Numbered from the stretch's first letter, positions 42,282-52,674 are shown. The stretch: 64,000 bases of DNA from an uncultured Pseudomonadota bacterium (GCA_963739695.1 CAVUBB010000019.1:96735-160734); one strand, 5' to 3'. Program-made: numbers and translations. Notes: a model not told the origin generated them from the letters alone.

Positions 42282-42782
42282 GTGGCGGACCTGGAAACAG
42301 TCCCCGGCACACCGAGCTGCTGCATTGTCATAACACCCAATCGCTCGCTGAGTTTCATCGGGCTGGTGGCGTTTTACTGCGGCCTGGCAGCGCTGTCCTT
42401 GTCGATCGCCGTACTGCTTGCAGTCATGGGCTTGTGGCCCGTACTGCCCTTCGCCGGTCTGGAGATGCTGTTTCTCGGTGCTTGCCTGTATGCTGCATTC
42501 AGGCGCGGCGCATATACCGAGATCGTCAGCATCGATCGAGACTGGGTCCGCGTGACCAAGAGCGAAGGCAAGAAGACTCGGCAGGTTGCTTTCCAGCGGC
42601 ATCGGGCGCATCTGCGCACGCTACGCCCCGCCGCCCGATCGCACGCCAGCCGTCTGGTGATCCGTTCGCATGGACGCGGTTGTGAAGTGGGTTCGTGTCT
42701 GACTGAGGAGCAGCGGCACGCCCTGCGGGATCGCCTTCAAACAATGATTGGTCCGGTCAACCAGACGCCATGGCTGGCGTAG
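42282..42782 (+). CDS. DUF2244 family membrane protein
   Basis: PNRSLS, two TMs with WPVLPFAGLE, EVGSCL; usual position upstream of coxB. Confidence 0.8.
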   Translation: MADLETVPGTPSCCIVITPNRSLSFIGLVAFYCGLAALSLSIAVLLAVMGLWPVLPFAGLEMLFLGACLYAAFRRGAYTEIVSIDRDWVRVTKSEGKKTRQVAFQRHRAHLRTLRPAARSHASRLVIRSHGRGCEVGSCLTEEQRHALRDRLQTMIGPVNQTPWLA

Positions 42783-42837
42783 GTAGTGGTTGCACCCAGC
42801 CATAGCAGGTTGATATCCAGGCAGGAGAGACTAACGC

Positions 42838-44058
42838 ATGTGCATCAGCAAGCTTAGGGGAGCTTTTCTCGGCATGGTGAGTCTGGGGCTCGCCGTGCTC
42901 TCGAGCACCGCCTCCGCGGCCATCAAGTTCAACATGCCCGAGGGCGTGACGCCGATCAGCCACGAAGTGTATGACCTGCATATGCGGGTCTTCTGGTGGA
43001 TGGTCGGCATCGCAATCGTCGTCTTCGGCGCCATCATCGCCTCCATCATCTTCCATCGGAAGTCGAAAGGTCATGAGGCCGCGCACTTCCATGAGAGCAC
43101 CACGGTGGAGATCATCTGGACGATCATCCCGGTGATCATCCTCGTGGTCATGGCCATCCCCGCGGCCAGGACTGTGGTGAAGATGGAAGACTACAGCAAG
43201 CCCGACATGTCGATCCGCATCACGGGTTACCAGTGGAAATGGCATTACGATTACGTCGGCAAGAACATCAGTTTCTTCAGCACGCTGGCAGCAAGCAGCA
43301 ACGCTGCGGCGCGGCTGCATTCGGGCATCGATCCGAATTCGGTCCCGCACTACCTGCTGGACGTGGATCGTCCGCTGGTCGTGCCGACCGGTGAGAAGAT
43401 CCGCCTGCTGATCACCTCCAACGACGTCATTCATTCCTGGTGGGTGCCGGACTTCGGCGGCAAGACCGACGCCATTCCGGGCTACGTCAACGAGATGTGG
43501 ATCAAGGTCGACAAGCCCGGTACTTATCGCGGTCAGTGCGCCGAGCTCTGCGGTCGCGGACACGGCTTCATGCCGATCGTGGTCATCGCCAAGAAGCCGC
43601 ATGATTTTCAGGCCTGGGTGAAGGCCCAGCAGGGTGGCGATACGCAGGCGGCGGCGACTCCGGCGGCCGATACGCAGCCGGCATCGACCGAGAGCAAGCC
43701 CGCACAGCCCGCTCCGGCCAAGAGCGAGAGTAGCAGTGCCGCCGCGCCGGCCAAGATGACCATGGCCGAGCTGATGAAGCACGGCAAGGAAGTCTACGAC
43801 GCCAACTGCGCCGCCTGTCACCAGCCGGACGGCAAGGGCATGCCGCCGACGTTCCCGTCGCTGGCGGGCAGCAAGATCGTCAATGGTCCCGTCGCCGGTC
43901 ATCTCGACCGGGTGCTGAACGGCAAGAACGTGATGCCGGCCTGGCGCGACAAACTCAGCGATGTGGACATCGCTGCGGTCGTGACCTACGAGCGCAACTC
44001 GTTCGGCAACAAGACAGGTGATGTGGTCCAGCCCGCCGACGTCAAGGCGGCACGCTAA
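42838..44058 (+). CDS. coxB: Cytochrome c oxidase subunit II with fused cytochrome c domain
   Basis: EIIWT, QWKWHY, DVIHSWW, CuA CAELCGRGHGFM; Ala/Pro linker; CAACH heme c site. Confidence 0.95.
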   Translation: MCISKLRGAFLGMVSLGLAVLSSTASAAIKFNMPEGVTPISHEVYDLHMRVFWWMVGIAIVVFGAIIASIIFHRKSKGHEAAHFHESTTVEIIWTIIPVIILVVMAIPAARTVVKMEDYSKPDMSIRITGYQWKWHYDYVGKNISFFSTLAASSNAAARLHSGIDPNSVPHYLLDVDRPLVVPTGEKIRLLITSNDVIHSWWVPDFGGKTDAIPGYVNEMWIKVDKPGTYRGQCAELCGRGHGFMPIVVIAKKPHDFQAWVKAQQGGDTQAAATPAADTQPASTESKPAQPAPAKSESSSAAAPAKMTMAELMKHGKEVYDANCAACHQPDGKGMPPTFPSLAGSKIVNGPVAGHLDRVLNGKNVMPAWRDKLSDVDIAAVVTYERNSFGNKTGDVVQPADVKAAR

Positions 44059-44079
44059 AGGTTCCGCGGAGGAAGATAG

Positions 44080-45684
44080 ATGAGCACTGCAACAGTCGCA
44101 CATGAGCATCACGACGGTCCCGCCAAGGGCCTGATGCGTTGGATTACGACCACCAACCATAAAGACATCGGGACCATGTACCTGGTGTTCAGCCTGATCA
44201 TGTTCTTTGTCGGTGGCAGCTTCGCCATGGTCATCCGCGCCGAGCTGTTCGAGCCCGGTCTGCAGATCGTGGATCCCGCCATCTTCAACGAGCTGACCAC
44301 GATGCATGCGCTGATCATGATCTTCGGCGCGGTCATGCCCGCGTTCGTGGGTCTGGCCAACTGGATGGTCCCGCTGATGATCGGCGCGCCCGACATGGCG
44401 CTGCCGCGCATGAACAACTGGAGCTTCTGGATCCTCCCGTTCGCGTTCCTGCTGCTCCTTTCCACCACCCTGATGCCGGGCGGCGGCCCCGCGGGCGGCT
44501 GGACGATGTATCCGCCGCTGATGCTGCAGACGGGCTTCGCCTTCCCGTTCATCATCTTCGCCATCCATCTGATGGGTATCTCGTCGGTGATGGGGGCGAT
44601 CAACATCATCGCCACCATCATGAACCTGCGCGCGCCCAACATGACGCTGCTGAAGATGCCGCTGTTCGTGTGGACCTGGCTGATCACGGCCTATCTGCTG
44701 ATCGCGGTGATGCCGGTGCTGGCGGGCGCGGTGACCATGCTGCTGACCGACAAGTACTTCGGCACCAGCTTCTTCAACGCCGCAGGCGGCGGTGACCCGG
44801 TGATGTTCCAGCACATCTTCTGGTTCTTCGGGCATCCCGAGGTCTACATCATGATCCTGCCGGCTTTCGGCATCGTCTCGGAGATCATCCCGACCTTCGC
44901 GCGCAAACCGCTGTTCGGCTACAGCTCCATGGTGTATGCGACGGCTTCGATCGCGTTCCTGTCGTTCATCGTCTGGGCGCACCACATGTTCACCGTGGGC
45001 ATGCCGCTCTCGGCCGAGCTGTTCTTCATGTTCACCACCATGCTGATCGCGGTGCCGACGGGCGTGAAGGTGTTCAACTGGACGGCCACCATGTGGAAGG
45101 GCTCGATGACCTTCGAGACGCCGATGCTGTTCGCCATCGCCTTCCTGTTCCTGTTCACCATCGGCGGTTTCTCGGGCGTGATGCTCGCGATCGTGCCGGC
45201 CGACTTCCAGTATCAGGATACGTATTTCGTGGTCGCGCATTTCCACTACGTGCTGGTGCCGGGCGCGGTGTTCGCGATCATGGGCGGCGTGTACTACTGG
45301 CTGCCCAAGTGGACCGGCCACATGTACAACGAGAAGATGGGCAAGTTCCACTTCTGGATGTCGGCGATCTGGATCAACGTACTGTTCTTCCCGCAGCACT
45401 TCCTGGGTCTGGCCGGCATGCCGCGCCGTATCCCGGATTACTCGCCGCAGTTCACGGATCTCAACATGCTCTCGAGCGTGGGTGGTTTCATGTTCGGGCT
45501 CTCGCAGCTGATCTTCGTGTACAACATCTGGAGCTGCGTGCGCGGCGGCGCGGCCGCGCCGATGAAGGCCTGGGAGGGAGCTCACGGTCTGGAATGGACC
45601 GTGCCTTCGCCAGCGCCGTACCACACGTTCGATGAAGCGCCGACGGACATCCCCGAGCCGTACGGCATCCCGGCTCACGAGTGA
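44080..45684 (+). CDS. coxA: Cytochrome c oxidase subunit I (A1 type)
   Basis: TNHKDIG, WFFGHPEVY, WAHHMF, VAHFHY, GMPRR. Confidence 0.97.
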   Translation: MSTATVAHEHHDGPAKGLMRWITTTNHKDIGTMYLVFSLIMFFVGGSFAMVIRAELFEPGLQIVDPAIFNELTTMHALIMIFGAVMPAFVGLANWMVPLMIGAPDMALPRMNNWSFWILPFAFLLLLSTTLMPGGGPAGGWTMYPPLMLQTGFAFPFIIFAIHLMGISSVMGAINIIATIMNLRAPNMTLLKMPLFVWTWLITAYLLIAVMPVLAGAVTMLLTDKYFGTSFFNAAGGGDPVMFQHIFWFFGHPEVYIMILPAFGIVSEIIPTFARKPLFGYSSMVYATASIAFLSFIVWAHHMFTVGMPLSAELFFMFTTMLIAVPTGVKVFNWTATMWKGSMTFETPMLFAIAFLFLFTIGGFSGVMLAIVPADFQYQDTYFVVAHFHYVLVPGAVFAIMGGVYYWLPKWTGHMYNEKMGKFHFWMSAIWINVLFFPQHFLGLAGMPRRIPDYSPQFTDLNMLSSVGGFMFGLSQLIFVYNIWSCVRGGAAAPMKAWEGAHGLEWTVPSPAPYHTFDEAPTDIPEPYGIPAHE

Positions 45685-45707
45685 TGCCGGGCGGAGTTGC
45701 GAGCACG

Positions 45708-45845
45708 ATGTCATCCGCAGCGGATAACAAGGACAGCAGCAGCCGGCGGCGCGCCCGCCGGACTGCGCTGATCCTGGGCGCGGTCGCGGTCGGCTTCTAC
45801 GTGCTGGCGTTCGTCAGTGTCAGCGTGTTCCACGCGCTGTACTGA
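45708..45845 (+). CDS. Small single-TM protein in the cox operon (45 aa; alternative in-frame start 45684)
   Basis: MSSAADNKDSSSRRRARRTALILGAVAVGFYVLAFVSVSVFHALY*: basic cluster plus TM helix, GGAG upstream. Below the ORF-track cutoff. Confidence 0.7.
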   Translation: MSSAADNKDSSSRRRARRTALILGAVAVGFYVLAFVSVSVFHALY

Positions 45846-45920
45846 GCTGATTGAATCCATGTCCGCGATGGCGATGATCGCGGGCAGGAAAACCGGATAA
45901 TCGGGAACGAGGAAAACAAC

Positions 45921-46793
45921 ATGTCTCACGCAATGTCGTCCGACAAGTACTACGTGCCGCACGGCAGCCAGTGGCCTATCGTCGGCAGCATCGGACTTTT
46001 CTGCACGATGGCCGGTTTCGCGACCTGGCTCAACGATATGGCTATCGGCAAGCCGCTGAGCGCTATCGGCGTGCTGCTGGTACTGGTGATGATGTTCGGC
46101 TGGTTCGCCACCGTGATCCGCGAGAGCGAAGGCGGCATGTTCAATGCCCAGGTCGATCGCTCGTTCCGCTGGGGCATGGGATTCTTCATCTTCTCCGAGG
46201 TGATGTTCTTCGCCGCGTTCTTCGGCGCCCTGTTCTATGCGCGCCACTATTCGGTGCCCTGGCTGGGCGGCATGGGCAGCAAGTTCTTCACCCATGCGGT
46301 GCTGTGGCAGAACTATGAAGGCGGCTGGCCGACCAACGGCCCGGGCAACATCGGCGGTGCGTTCGAGAGCATGAGCGCCTGGGGTCTGGCAGCGATCAAC
46401 ACCGCGATCCTGCTCACCAGTGGCGTCACCGTGACGATCGCGCATCACGCGCTGAAGGCGAACAAGCGCGGACTGCTGGTGCTGGGCCTGCTCGCCACCG
46501 TGCTTCTGGGCTTCACCTTCGTCGGCCTGCAGGCGCATGAGTATCACGAAGCCTATACCACGATGAACATGACGCTCGGCTCGGGCATCTATGGCTCGAC
46601 CTTCTTCATGCTCACCGGATTCCACGGCCTCCATGTGACCATCGGCGCGATCATGCTCACGGTGATCATGTTCCGTTCGATCAAGGGTCACTTCACTCCG
46701 GAACACCATTTCGCGTTCGAGGCGGTGGCCTGGTACTGGCATTTCGTGGACGTGGTCTGGCTGGGTCTGTTCATCTTCGTCTACTGGCTCTGA
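45921..46793 (+). CDS. coxC: Cytochrome c oxidase subunit III
   Basis: FIFSEVMFF, NTAILLTSG, TGFHGLHV, WYWHFVDVVW. Confidence 0.96.
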   Translation: MSHAMSSDKYYVPHGSQWPIVGSIGLFCTMAGFATWLNDMAIGKPLSAIGVLLVLVMMFGWFATVIRESEGGMFNAQVDRSFRWGMGFFIFSEVMFFAAFFGALFYARHYSVPWLGGMGSKFFTHAVLWQNYEGGWPTNGPGNIGGAFESMSAWGLAAINTAILLTSGVTVTIAHHALKANKRGLLVLGLLATVLLGFTFVGLQAHEYHEAYTTMNMTLGSGIYGSTFFMLTGFHGLHVTIGAIMLTVIMFRSIKGHFTPEHHFAFEAVAWYWHFVDVVWLGLFIFVYWL

Positions 46794-46818
46794 CCCGGCG
46801 CACGCAGGATCGCAAGCA

Positions 46819-46853
46819 GCAAGGGGGCGCTGTGACAAGACAGCGCCCCTTGC
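46819..46853. terminator. Hairpin between convergent coxC and the small TM gene
   Basis: GCAAGGGGGCGCTGT...ACAGCGCCCCTTGC. Confidence 0.55.
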
Positions 46854-46903
46854 ATTTCGGAGTCGGGAAATCGTGCGCGAGCGTGGCTCGCGCCCGGCCG
46901 GGT

Positions 46904-47116
46904 TCAGTGCGCTACGTAGATACCGTGCGGATGGATCAGGCCGGTCAGATAGCCGAATATCAGCAGGCCGAACAGGGCCAATGAGAGCGTGATACGGATG
47001 GTCAGCGCCTTGACCGTGCGCTTGGAGCGGCCCTGATCCTTGACCATGAAGAACATGCTCTGGCCCAGGGTGGCGACGATCACGAGCAAGAGCAAGATGA
47101 CGATGAGTTTGAACAT
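46904..47116 (-). CDS. Twin-transmembrane small protein (DUF2909-like)
   Basis: 70 aa, two TMs, ALTIRITLS, GLIHPHG; conserved position between coxC and SURF1. Confidence 0.8.
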   Translation of the reverse strand: MFKLIVILLLLVIVATLGQSMFFMVKDQGRSKRTVKALTIRITLSLALFGLLIFGYLTGLIHPHGIYVAH

Positions 47117-47158
47117 CGGCGCCCCTGATGATGGGAGGCAGGCAAGGTAGCACGCGGC

Positions 47159-47908
47159 ATGAAGCTAGGCAAATGGCGCTTCGAGCCCACATTCTGGCCC
47201 ACTCTGGGGGCCATCATACTGATCGCCGCGTTCGCGCGTCTGGCGGTTTGGCAATGGCACCGGGCGGCCGAGAAGCGGGCGCTGACGGCGAGTATCGAGG
47301 CGGGTGCCCATGCTCCGGCGGTGGATCTTGGAATCCTGCTGGCGCAGGGCAAGCTGGCAAGCGCGCCGCCCTATCGGCATGTCTCGGCGCGCGGCCACTA
47401 CGATCCCGCGCACCAGGTGCTGATCAGCGAGATGATCCATGCCGACCGCGTCGGCTACTTCGTGCTCACTCCGTTCGTGCTCGACCGGTCGGGCGCGACG
47501 GTGCTGGTCAACCGCGGCTGGATCCCGCAACAGGGGACGAAGCAAGAAACGGGCGCGACAATTGTGAGCGATGCTGTGCGCACACTCAGCGGGCTGCTCG
47601 GATCCCTGCCGGCCCCCGGGTACAGGCTGGGGCCAGGGGCGGCCGGAAAGAGCTGGCCGCGCGTGCTCTTATACCCGTCGCACCAACAACTTGAACGTAT
47701 CTATGGCCGGGCCCTGCTGGCACCGGTCATCTTGCTCGACCCGGATGCGAGCGACGGCTACATCCGCGACTGGCATCCCGACCCCAAGTACGGGCCCGAG
47801 ATGCATATCGGCTACATGTTCCAGTGGTCGGCGCTCGCGCTCACGGTGCTGGTGGTCTGGCTGGTGGCGAACCTTCGCCGCGTGCGACCGGAGGAAGACA
47901 TTCGATGA
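47159..47908 (+). CDS. SURF1 family oxidase assembly protein
   Basis: LAVWQWHRA, GYFVLTPF, LVNRGWIP, HIGYMFQW. Confidence 0.9.
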   Translation: MKLGKWRFEPTFWPTLGAIILIAAFARLAVWQWHRAAEKRALTASIEAGAHAPAVDLGILLAQGKLASAPPYRHVSARGHYDPAHQVLISEMIHADRVGYFVLTPFVLDRSGATVLVNRGWIPQQGTKQETGATIVSDAVRTLSGLLGSLPAPGYRLGPGAAGKSWPRVLLYPSHQQLERIYGRALLAPVILLDPDASDGYIRDWHPDPKYGPEMHIGYMFQWSALALTVLVVWLVANLRRVRPEEDIR

Positions 47909-48513
47909 ATGAACACATCCCGAAGCGGAAACGGAACCGGCTCATCTTCACTTCGCTGGTGGTGCTGTTTGCCGCACCGCTGGTGATCGCCTGGGTATGG
48001 TGGGCGAACATCGATCACTGGCGCCCGAGCCATACCACCAACCATGGCGCTCTGGTCACGCCGCCCCGACCGATCCATGCGGTCGAAGCGCCGTTCGCGC
48101 TGGGCATGGGCAAGCTCGCGCCCGACTTCTTCCACGGCCACTGGACCATGGTCTACATCGGCGCGGCGGACTGCGATGCCGACTGCCGTTCCGCGCTTTA
48201 TGCGACCCGTCAGATCCGTATCGCGGTGGGCCGCGATATCGAGCGCGTGCAGCGGCTCTACATCGTCGACGGTACGCCCACGCTGCCGCAGCAGTTGCGC
48301 AGCGGCCATCCGGATCTCACCGTGGTCGACGGTTCGACCGCTGCGGGTCGGCGCCTGCGCGAAGAGTTCGCCCCGTCCGGAAGCACCAAGCCGGGCAAGA
48401 TCTACCTGGTCGATCCGCTGGGGAACCTGATGATGACCTATCCCAGCCAGGCCGATCCGGAGGGCATACTGGCGGACCTCAAGCAGCTACTTCGACTCTC
48501 GCGGATTGGATAA
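47905..48513 (+). CDS. SCO-like thioredoxin-fold oxidase assembly protein
   Basis: N-terminal TM, TNHGALV, CDADC (CxxxC), LVDPLGNLMM, DLKQLLRLSRIG. Confidence 0.8.
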   Translation: MNEHIPKRKRNRLIFTSLVVLFAAPLVIAWVWWANIDHWRPSHTTNHGALVTPPRPIHAVEAPFALGMGKLAPDFFHGHWTMVYIGAADCDADCRSALYATRQIRIAVGRDIERVQRLYIVDGTPTLPQQLRSGHPDLTVVDGSTAAGRRLREEFAPSGSTKPGKIYLVDPLGNLMMTYPSQADPEGILADLKQLLRLSRIG

Positions 48514-48517
48514 GCCC

Positions 48518-49543
48518 ATGGAACGTATCTGGTTTCACAGGATCGCCGTCATCGCCACCGTGCTCGCTCTGGGCGTGGTGGTCCTCGGTGCCTACGTGCG
48601 CCTGTCCAACGCCGGGCTCGGCTGTCCGGACTGGCCCGGCTGCTATGGCCATATCGCCGTGCCCGAGGCCCACAAGGCCGTGGCGAGCGCCGAACAGGCT
48701 TTCCCAGGCCGCCCGGTCGAGCCCGCCAAGGCCTGGAAGGAGATGATCCATCGCTACTTCGCCGGCACTCTGGGCACGCTCATCCTGATACTTGCCATCC
48801 TCGCCTGGCGTAATCGCCGCGATGCCAGACAGGAGGTCGTCCTGCCTCTGGGCCTGGTCGTGCTGGTGATCTTCCAGGCGCTGCTGGGCATGTGGACTGT
48901 CACCCTGTTGCTCAAGCCGCTGGTGGTGATGTCACATCTGCTCGGCGGCATGAGTACCCTCGCGCTGTTGCTCTTGCTCGTGCTGCGCGATGGGCGCTAC
49001 GTGGAATACGGCGCCGATTTCGCCTCGCCCTGGCCACGCCGCCTGGCGCTGGGAGGGCTGGTGATACTCGCGATCCAGATCGCTCTCGGCGGCTGGACCA
49101 GCAGCAACTATGCCGCGCTGGCCTGTCCGGATTTCCCCAAATGTCAGGGCAGCTGGTGGCCCGACATGGATTTCAAAGACGCCTTCGTGCTCTGGCGCGG
49201 GCTGGGTATCGACTATCAGGGCGGGATCTTGCAGAGCGCAGCGCGAGCGGCCATCCACTACACGCATCGCATCGGCGCGCTGGTGACGTTCCTGTACCTG
49301 TTCACGCTCGGAGCCAGCGTGCTGGCGAGAGCATCCCGGCGTGGCTTGCGTCTACTGGGGGCCGCGATCCTGGTGCTGGTCACCGCCCAGGCGAGTCTGG
49401 GTATCAGCATCGTCGAATTTGGCCTGCCGCTGCCGCTGGCGGTGGCCCATAACGGCACTGCGGCCCTCTTGTTGCTCTCGGTGGTGGCGCTGAATCACGC
49501 ACTCTGGCGCGGCCGGCGCACGGGGGTGGGCGTGCTGCGATGA
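48518..49543 (+). CDS. ctaA: Heme A synthase (COX15/CtaA)
   Basis: [38 protein letters not shown]. Confidence 0.92.
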   Translation: MERIWFHRIAVIATVLALGVVVLGAYVRLSNAGLGCPDWPGCYGHIAVPEAHKAVASAEQAFPGRPVEPAKAWKEMIHRYFAGTLGTLILILAILAWRNRRDARQEVVLPLGLVVLVIFQALLGMWTVTLLLKPLVVMSHLLGGMSTLALLLLLVLRDGRYVEYGADFASPWPRRLALGGLVILAIQIALGGWTSSNYAALACPDFPKCQGSWWPDMDFKDAFVLWRGLGIDYQGGILQSAARAAIHYTHRIGALVTFLYLFTLGASVLARASRRGLRLLGAAILVLVTAQASLGISIVEFGLPLPLAVAHNGTAALLLLSVVALNHALWRGRRTGVGVLR

Positions 49544-50421
49544 AGGCCGGCTGGCGCGATTATTACGAGCTGTGCAAGCCGCGGGTGGTGGCGCTTATCG
49601 TGTTCACCGCCATCGTCGGCATGTTCCTTGCGGTACCCGGCATGGTGCCGCTCGATAGATTCATCTTCGGTACCATCGGTATAGCGCTCGCCGCCGCCGG
49701 CGCTGCGGCCATAAACCACCTTGTGGACCATCGCGTGGATGCGAGCATGCACCGCACGCGCCACCGCCCGCTGCCCACGGGGCATGTGAACGAGCGCCAG
49801 GCCCTGGTGTTCGCGCTCGGCCTCAGTGCGTTGTCGATGCTCGTGCTGGTGGTGTTCGTGAATGTGCTCACGGCGGCGCTGAGCTTCGTCTCGCTGATCG
49901 GTTACGCGGTGATCTACACCATGTATCTGAAGCGGGCGACGCCGCAGAACATCGTCATCGGCGGCGCCGCCGGTGCAGCGCCCCCGATCCTTGGCTGGGC
50001 TGCGGTCACCGGGCACGTGGATCACGACGCGTTGCTGCTGTTCCTGATCATCTTCATCTGGACGCCGCCGCATTTCTGGGCGCTCGCGATCCATCGCCGC
50101 GAAGATTACGCAAAGGTCGAGATCCCGATGCTGCCGGTCACGCACGGCAGTGCATTCACCCGCCTGCATATCCTGCTCTATACGGTGTTGCTGCTGCTGG
50201 TCACGGTGATGCCGTACCTCACCGGGATGAGCCATCTCATCTATCTGGTGGGCGCGCTGGTGCTGGATGCCGTGTTTCTCTATTACGCGGTAGCGATGAT
50301 GATCTCGGATGACGAACGCCTGCCGATGAAGACTTTCGGCTACTCCATCGTCTATCTGATGGCGTTGTTCTCGTTCCTGTTATTCGACCACTATTTTTCG
50401 CCGCTCTTCGGACTGGCGTGA
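49540..50421 (+). CDS. ctaB: Heme O synthase (protoheme IX farnesyltransferase)
   Basis: [37 protein letters not shown]. Confidence 0.95.
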   Translation: MKAGWRDYYELCKPRVVALIVFTAIVGMFLAVPGMVPLDRFIFGTIGIALAAAGAAAINHLVDHRVDASMHRTRHRPLPTGHVNERQALVFALGLSALSMLVLVVFVNVLTAALSFVSLIGYAVIYTMYLKRATPQNIVIGGAAGAAPPILGWAAVTGHVDHDALLLFLIIFIWTPPHFWALAIHRREDYAKVEIPMLPVTHGSAFTRLHILLYTVLLLLVTVMPYLTGMSHLIYLVGALVLDAVFLYYAVAMMISDDERLPMKTFGYSIVYLMALFSFLLFDHYFSPLFGLA

Positions 50422-50434
50422 GATCGTCGGCGGC

Positions 50435-50992
50435 TCAGTCGAGCCGCCACATCTGTTTGATCGTATCGTGTCCTTTCAGCTTGTGCAGGATACCGATACC
50501 GACATGGCCCACCCAGTAGATCTCGAGCAGCGTGGCGATGGTCTCGTGGATCTCGCGGACATCGTGTGCGAGCGGCGTCTTGCCCTGCCCGGTCTTGATG
50601 AACACGAAGATGGCCACACCGGTGGCCGCCATCCCGGTCGCTGCGAGTAGCCCCAGGCCGTGGATGAAGCCGGCCAGTTTGCCGCCGGGTCCGCCCTCTG
50701 CGAGTTCACCGCGCAGCGCCGCTTTGACGTCTGCCCCGACCGCGCGCATGCCGCTGCCCGACCATGGAAACAGATGCGCCATGCCCTGGGGGCCGGAGCC
50801 GAGACTGATGAGCCAGTGGATCAGCACGATCGTGGCGACCGCGAGGCCGAAATATTCGTGGGTCTCGACCAGGAGCGGGGTGTCCTTGCTCATGATCATG
50901 CCCAGTGCGAGCTGGATGGTGACGGTGACCGCCAGGGCCAGGTGGATGCGACGTATCGTCCGGTTCCATTCGCCTGCTGTCTGCTCGATCAC
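50435..50992 (-). CDS. Cytochrome b561/b6-like diheme membrane protein
   Basis: Four TMs with His ligands (RRIH, THEYFG, IHG, IHE, GHV). GTG start after GAGGT. Confidence 0.75.
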   Translation of the reverse strand: MIEQTAGEWNRTIRRIHLALAVTVTIQLALGMIMSKDTPLLVETHEYFGLAVATIVLIHWLISLGSGPQGMAHLFPWSGSGMRAVGADVKAALRGELAEGGPGGKLAGFIHGLGLLAATGMAATGVAIFVFIKTGQGKTPLAHDVREIHETIATLLEIYWVGHVGIGILHKLKGHDTIKQMWRLD

Positions 50993-51158
50993 ATCTCTTA
51001 CCTCGTATCGTTGTCCGCCTGGATGCCCGCAGTCTCGCATAGGGCCACCATCGGAGTTATCGGTGATTTTACGCAGCTACCGGTCCGTGATTTGGCGCTC
51101 GCTGCGGGGAGGGCGTACAATGCCCGTTCTTTTTCGCCTGTTTCAGGATATCCCGTTT

Positions 51159-51641
51159 ATGCAGATTACCAAAGATGCGGTCGTCACGATCGATTACACC
51201 CTTCGCAATGAAGGCGGCGAAGTCATCGAGAGTTCCGAGGGCCGCGCGCCCCTGGCCTATATCCATGGCATCGGGAATATCATCCCCGGCCTGGAGAGCG
51301 CTCTCGAAGGCAAGGCGGCCGGCGATGAAGTCTCGGTGAATGTAGCACCGGCCGATGCGTATGGCGAGCGCGTGGACGACCTTGTCCAGGCGGTGCCCAA
51401 GCAGATGTTCCAGTCCGAAGTGGAACCCCAGGTCGGCATGCAGTTTCAGGCCATGAGCGAATCCGGACCTCGTGTGGTCACGGTGGTCTCAGTGGAAGAC
51501 GAGACAGTGACGGTGGACGGAAACCATCCGCTGGCCGGCATGGCTCTGAACTTCGACGTCAAGATCGTCGAGGTCCGCGAGGCGACCGGCGAAGAGCTCG
51601 AACACGGCCATGTCCACGGCGAGGGTGGTCACGAGCACTGA
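51159..51641 (+). CDS. slyD: FKBP-type PPIase SlyD
   Basis: VTIDYTL, IIPGLE, AYGE, DGNHPLAG, EELEHGHVHGEGGHEH. Confidence 0.94.
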   Translation: MQITKDAVVTIDYTLRNEGGEVIESSEGRAPLAYIHGIGNIIPGLESALEGKAAGDEVSVNVAPADAYGERVDDLVQAVPKQMFQSEVEPQVGMQFQAMSESGPRVVTVVSVEDETVTVDGNHPLAGMALNFDVKIVEVREATGEELEHGHVHGEGGHEH

Positions 51642-51668
51642 GCGCGGATTGTTCTCGAGCGCAGAGAC

Positions 51669-51699
51669 AAAAAAGCCCGGCGTCAGCCGGGCTTTTTTT
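51669..51699. terminator. Bidirectional intrinsic terminator (slyD/rpoH)
   Basis: A6-GCCCGGC-gtca-GCCGGGC-T7. Confidence 0.9.
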
Positions 51700-51716
51700 C
51701 GGTTGCCGGCCTGCCG

Positions 51717-52589
51717 TTAACCGGCCATCAAACCCTGCAACTTCCGGATCGCGTTGCCTTCGAGCTGACGGATACGTTCCGCGGATACGCCGTAGCGGTC
51801 CGCGAGTTCCTGCAGCGTCGTCTTCTCGTCATCCAGCCAGCGTCGCTGCACGATCTCCTGGCTGCGCGCATCGAGACCCTTGAGTGCCTGCTGCAGACGC
51901 GCATGATTGCGTGCTTCCCAGTCGGCCTGCTCGACATGTTCGGCCGGGTCGCTATCCGCGCTCTTGAGATAAGTGGCCGGCGCCAGCGGCACGCTGTCGT
52001 CGCTGTCGTCCGCCGCCGTCGGGTCGAAGCTCATGTCCTGTCCGGCCAGTCGCGATTCCATCTCCACGACCTGCCTGGCGGGCACGCCCAGGTCTTGTGC
52101 GACCGCTTCGATCTCCGCCTGGTTGAACCAGCCCAGCCGCTTCTTGGATTTACGCAGGTTGAAGAACAGCTTGCGCTGGGCCTTGGTGGTCGCGACCTTG
52201 ACGATGCGCCAGTTGCGCAGGATGAATTCGTGGATCTCGGCCCGGATCCAGTGCACGGCGAAGGAGATCAGGCGCACGCCGACACCCGGATCGAAGCGCT
52301 TGACCGCCTTCATCAGGCCGATATTGCCTTCCTGGATGAGGTCGCCCAGCGGCAGACCGTAACCCTTGTAGCCGCGCGCGATGTGGACCACGAAGCGCAG
52401 GTGCGAGAGCACCAGCGTGCGCGCCGCATCCAGATCGCCCTGATCATGCAAGGCGACGGCCAGCTCGCGCTCTTCGCTGGCGCTGAGCACGGGGATGCTG
52501 TGGATCGCCTGCAGGTAGCCATCGAGGCTGCCAAGTGGCCCGGCGGCGATGGCCAGCTCCTGTTTGCGGGCGATCAGAGCGGTACTCAT
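51717..52589 (-). CDS. rpoH: Heat-shock sigma factor sigma32
   Basis: RpoH box [32 protein letters not shown]; downstream of ftsX. Confidence 0.96.
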   Translation of the reverse strand: MSTALIARKQELAIAAGPLGSLDGYLQAIHSIPVLSASEERELAVALHDQGDLDAARTLVLSHLRFVVHIARGYKGYGLPLGDLIQEGNIGLMKAVKRFDPGVGVRLISFAVHWIRAEIHEFILRNWRIVKVATTKAQRKLFFNLRKSKKRLGWFNQAEIEAVAQDLGVPARQVVEMESRLAGQDMSFDPTAADDSDDSVPLAPATYLKSADSDPAEHVEQADWEARNHARLQQALKGLDARSQEIVQRRWLDDEKTTLQELADRYGVSAERIRQLEGNAIRKLQGLMAG

Positions 52590-52623
52590 GGGTGTTCCCC
52601 TCCCGAAATTCGTTGATCCAATA

Positions 52624-52650
52624 CTAGCACTCCGGTTGTTAGAGTGCTAA
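52624..52650. promoter_or_regulatory. CIRCE element (HrcA operator) upstream of rpoH
   Basis: CTAGCACTC-N9-GAGTGCTAA, one mismatch to TTAGCACTC-N9-GAGTGCTAA. Confidence 0.88.
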
Positions 52651-52674
52651 TGGCTCAGGAGGTTCCCGACGCCT

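Noticed and set aside
43620-44058. Cytochrome c fusion on CoxB
   Set aside because: Well known in gamma- and betaproteobacterial oxidases.
42757-45714. 985-aa antisense ORF opposite coxB/coxA (similarly 5220-6863, 21895-23358, 25196-26899)
   Set aside because: Shadow ORFs expected from high-GC codon bias; no recognisable motifs, and they overlap clear conserved genes.
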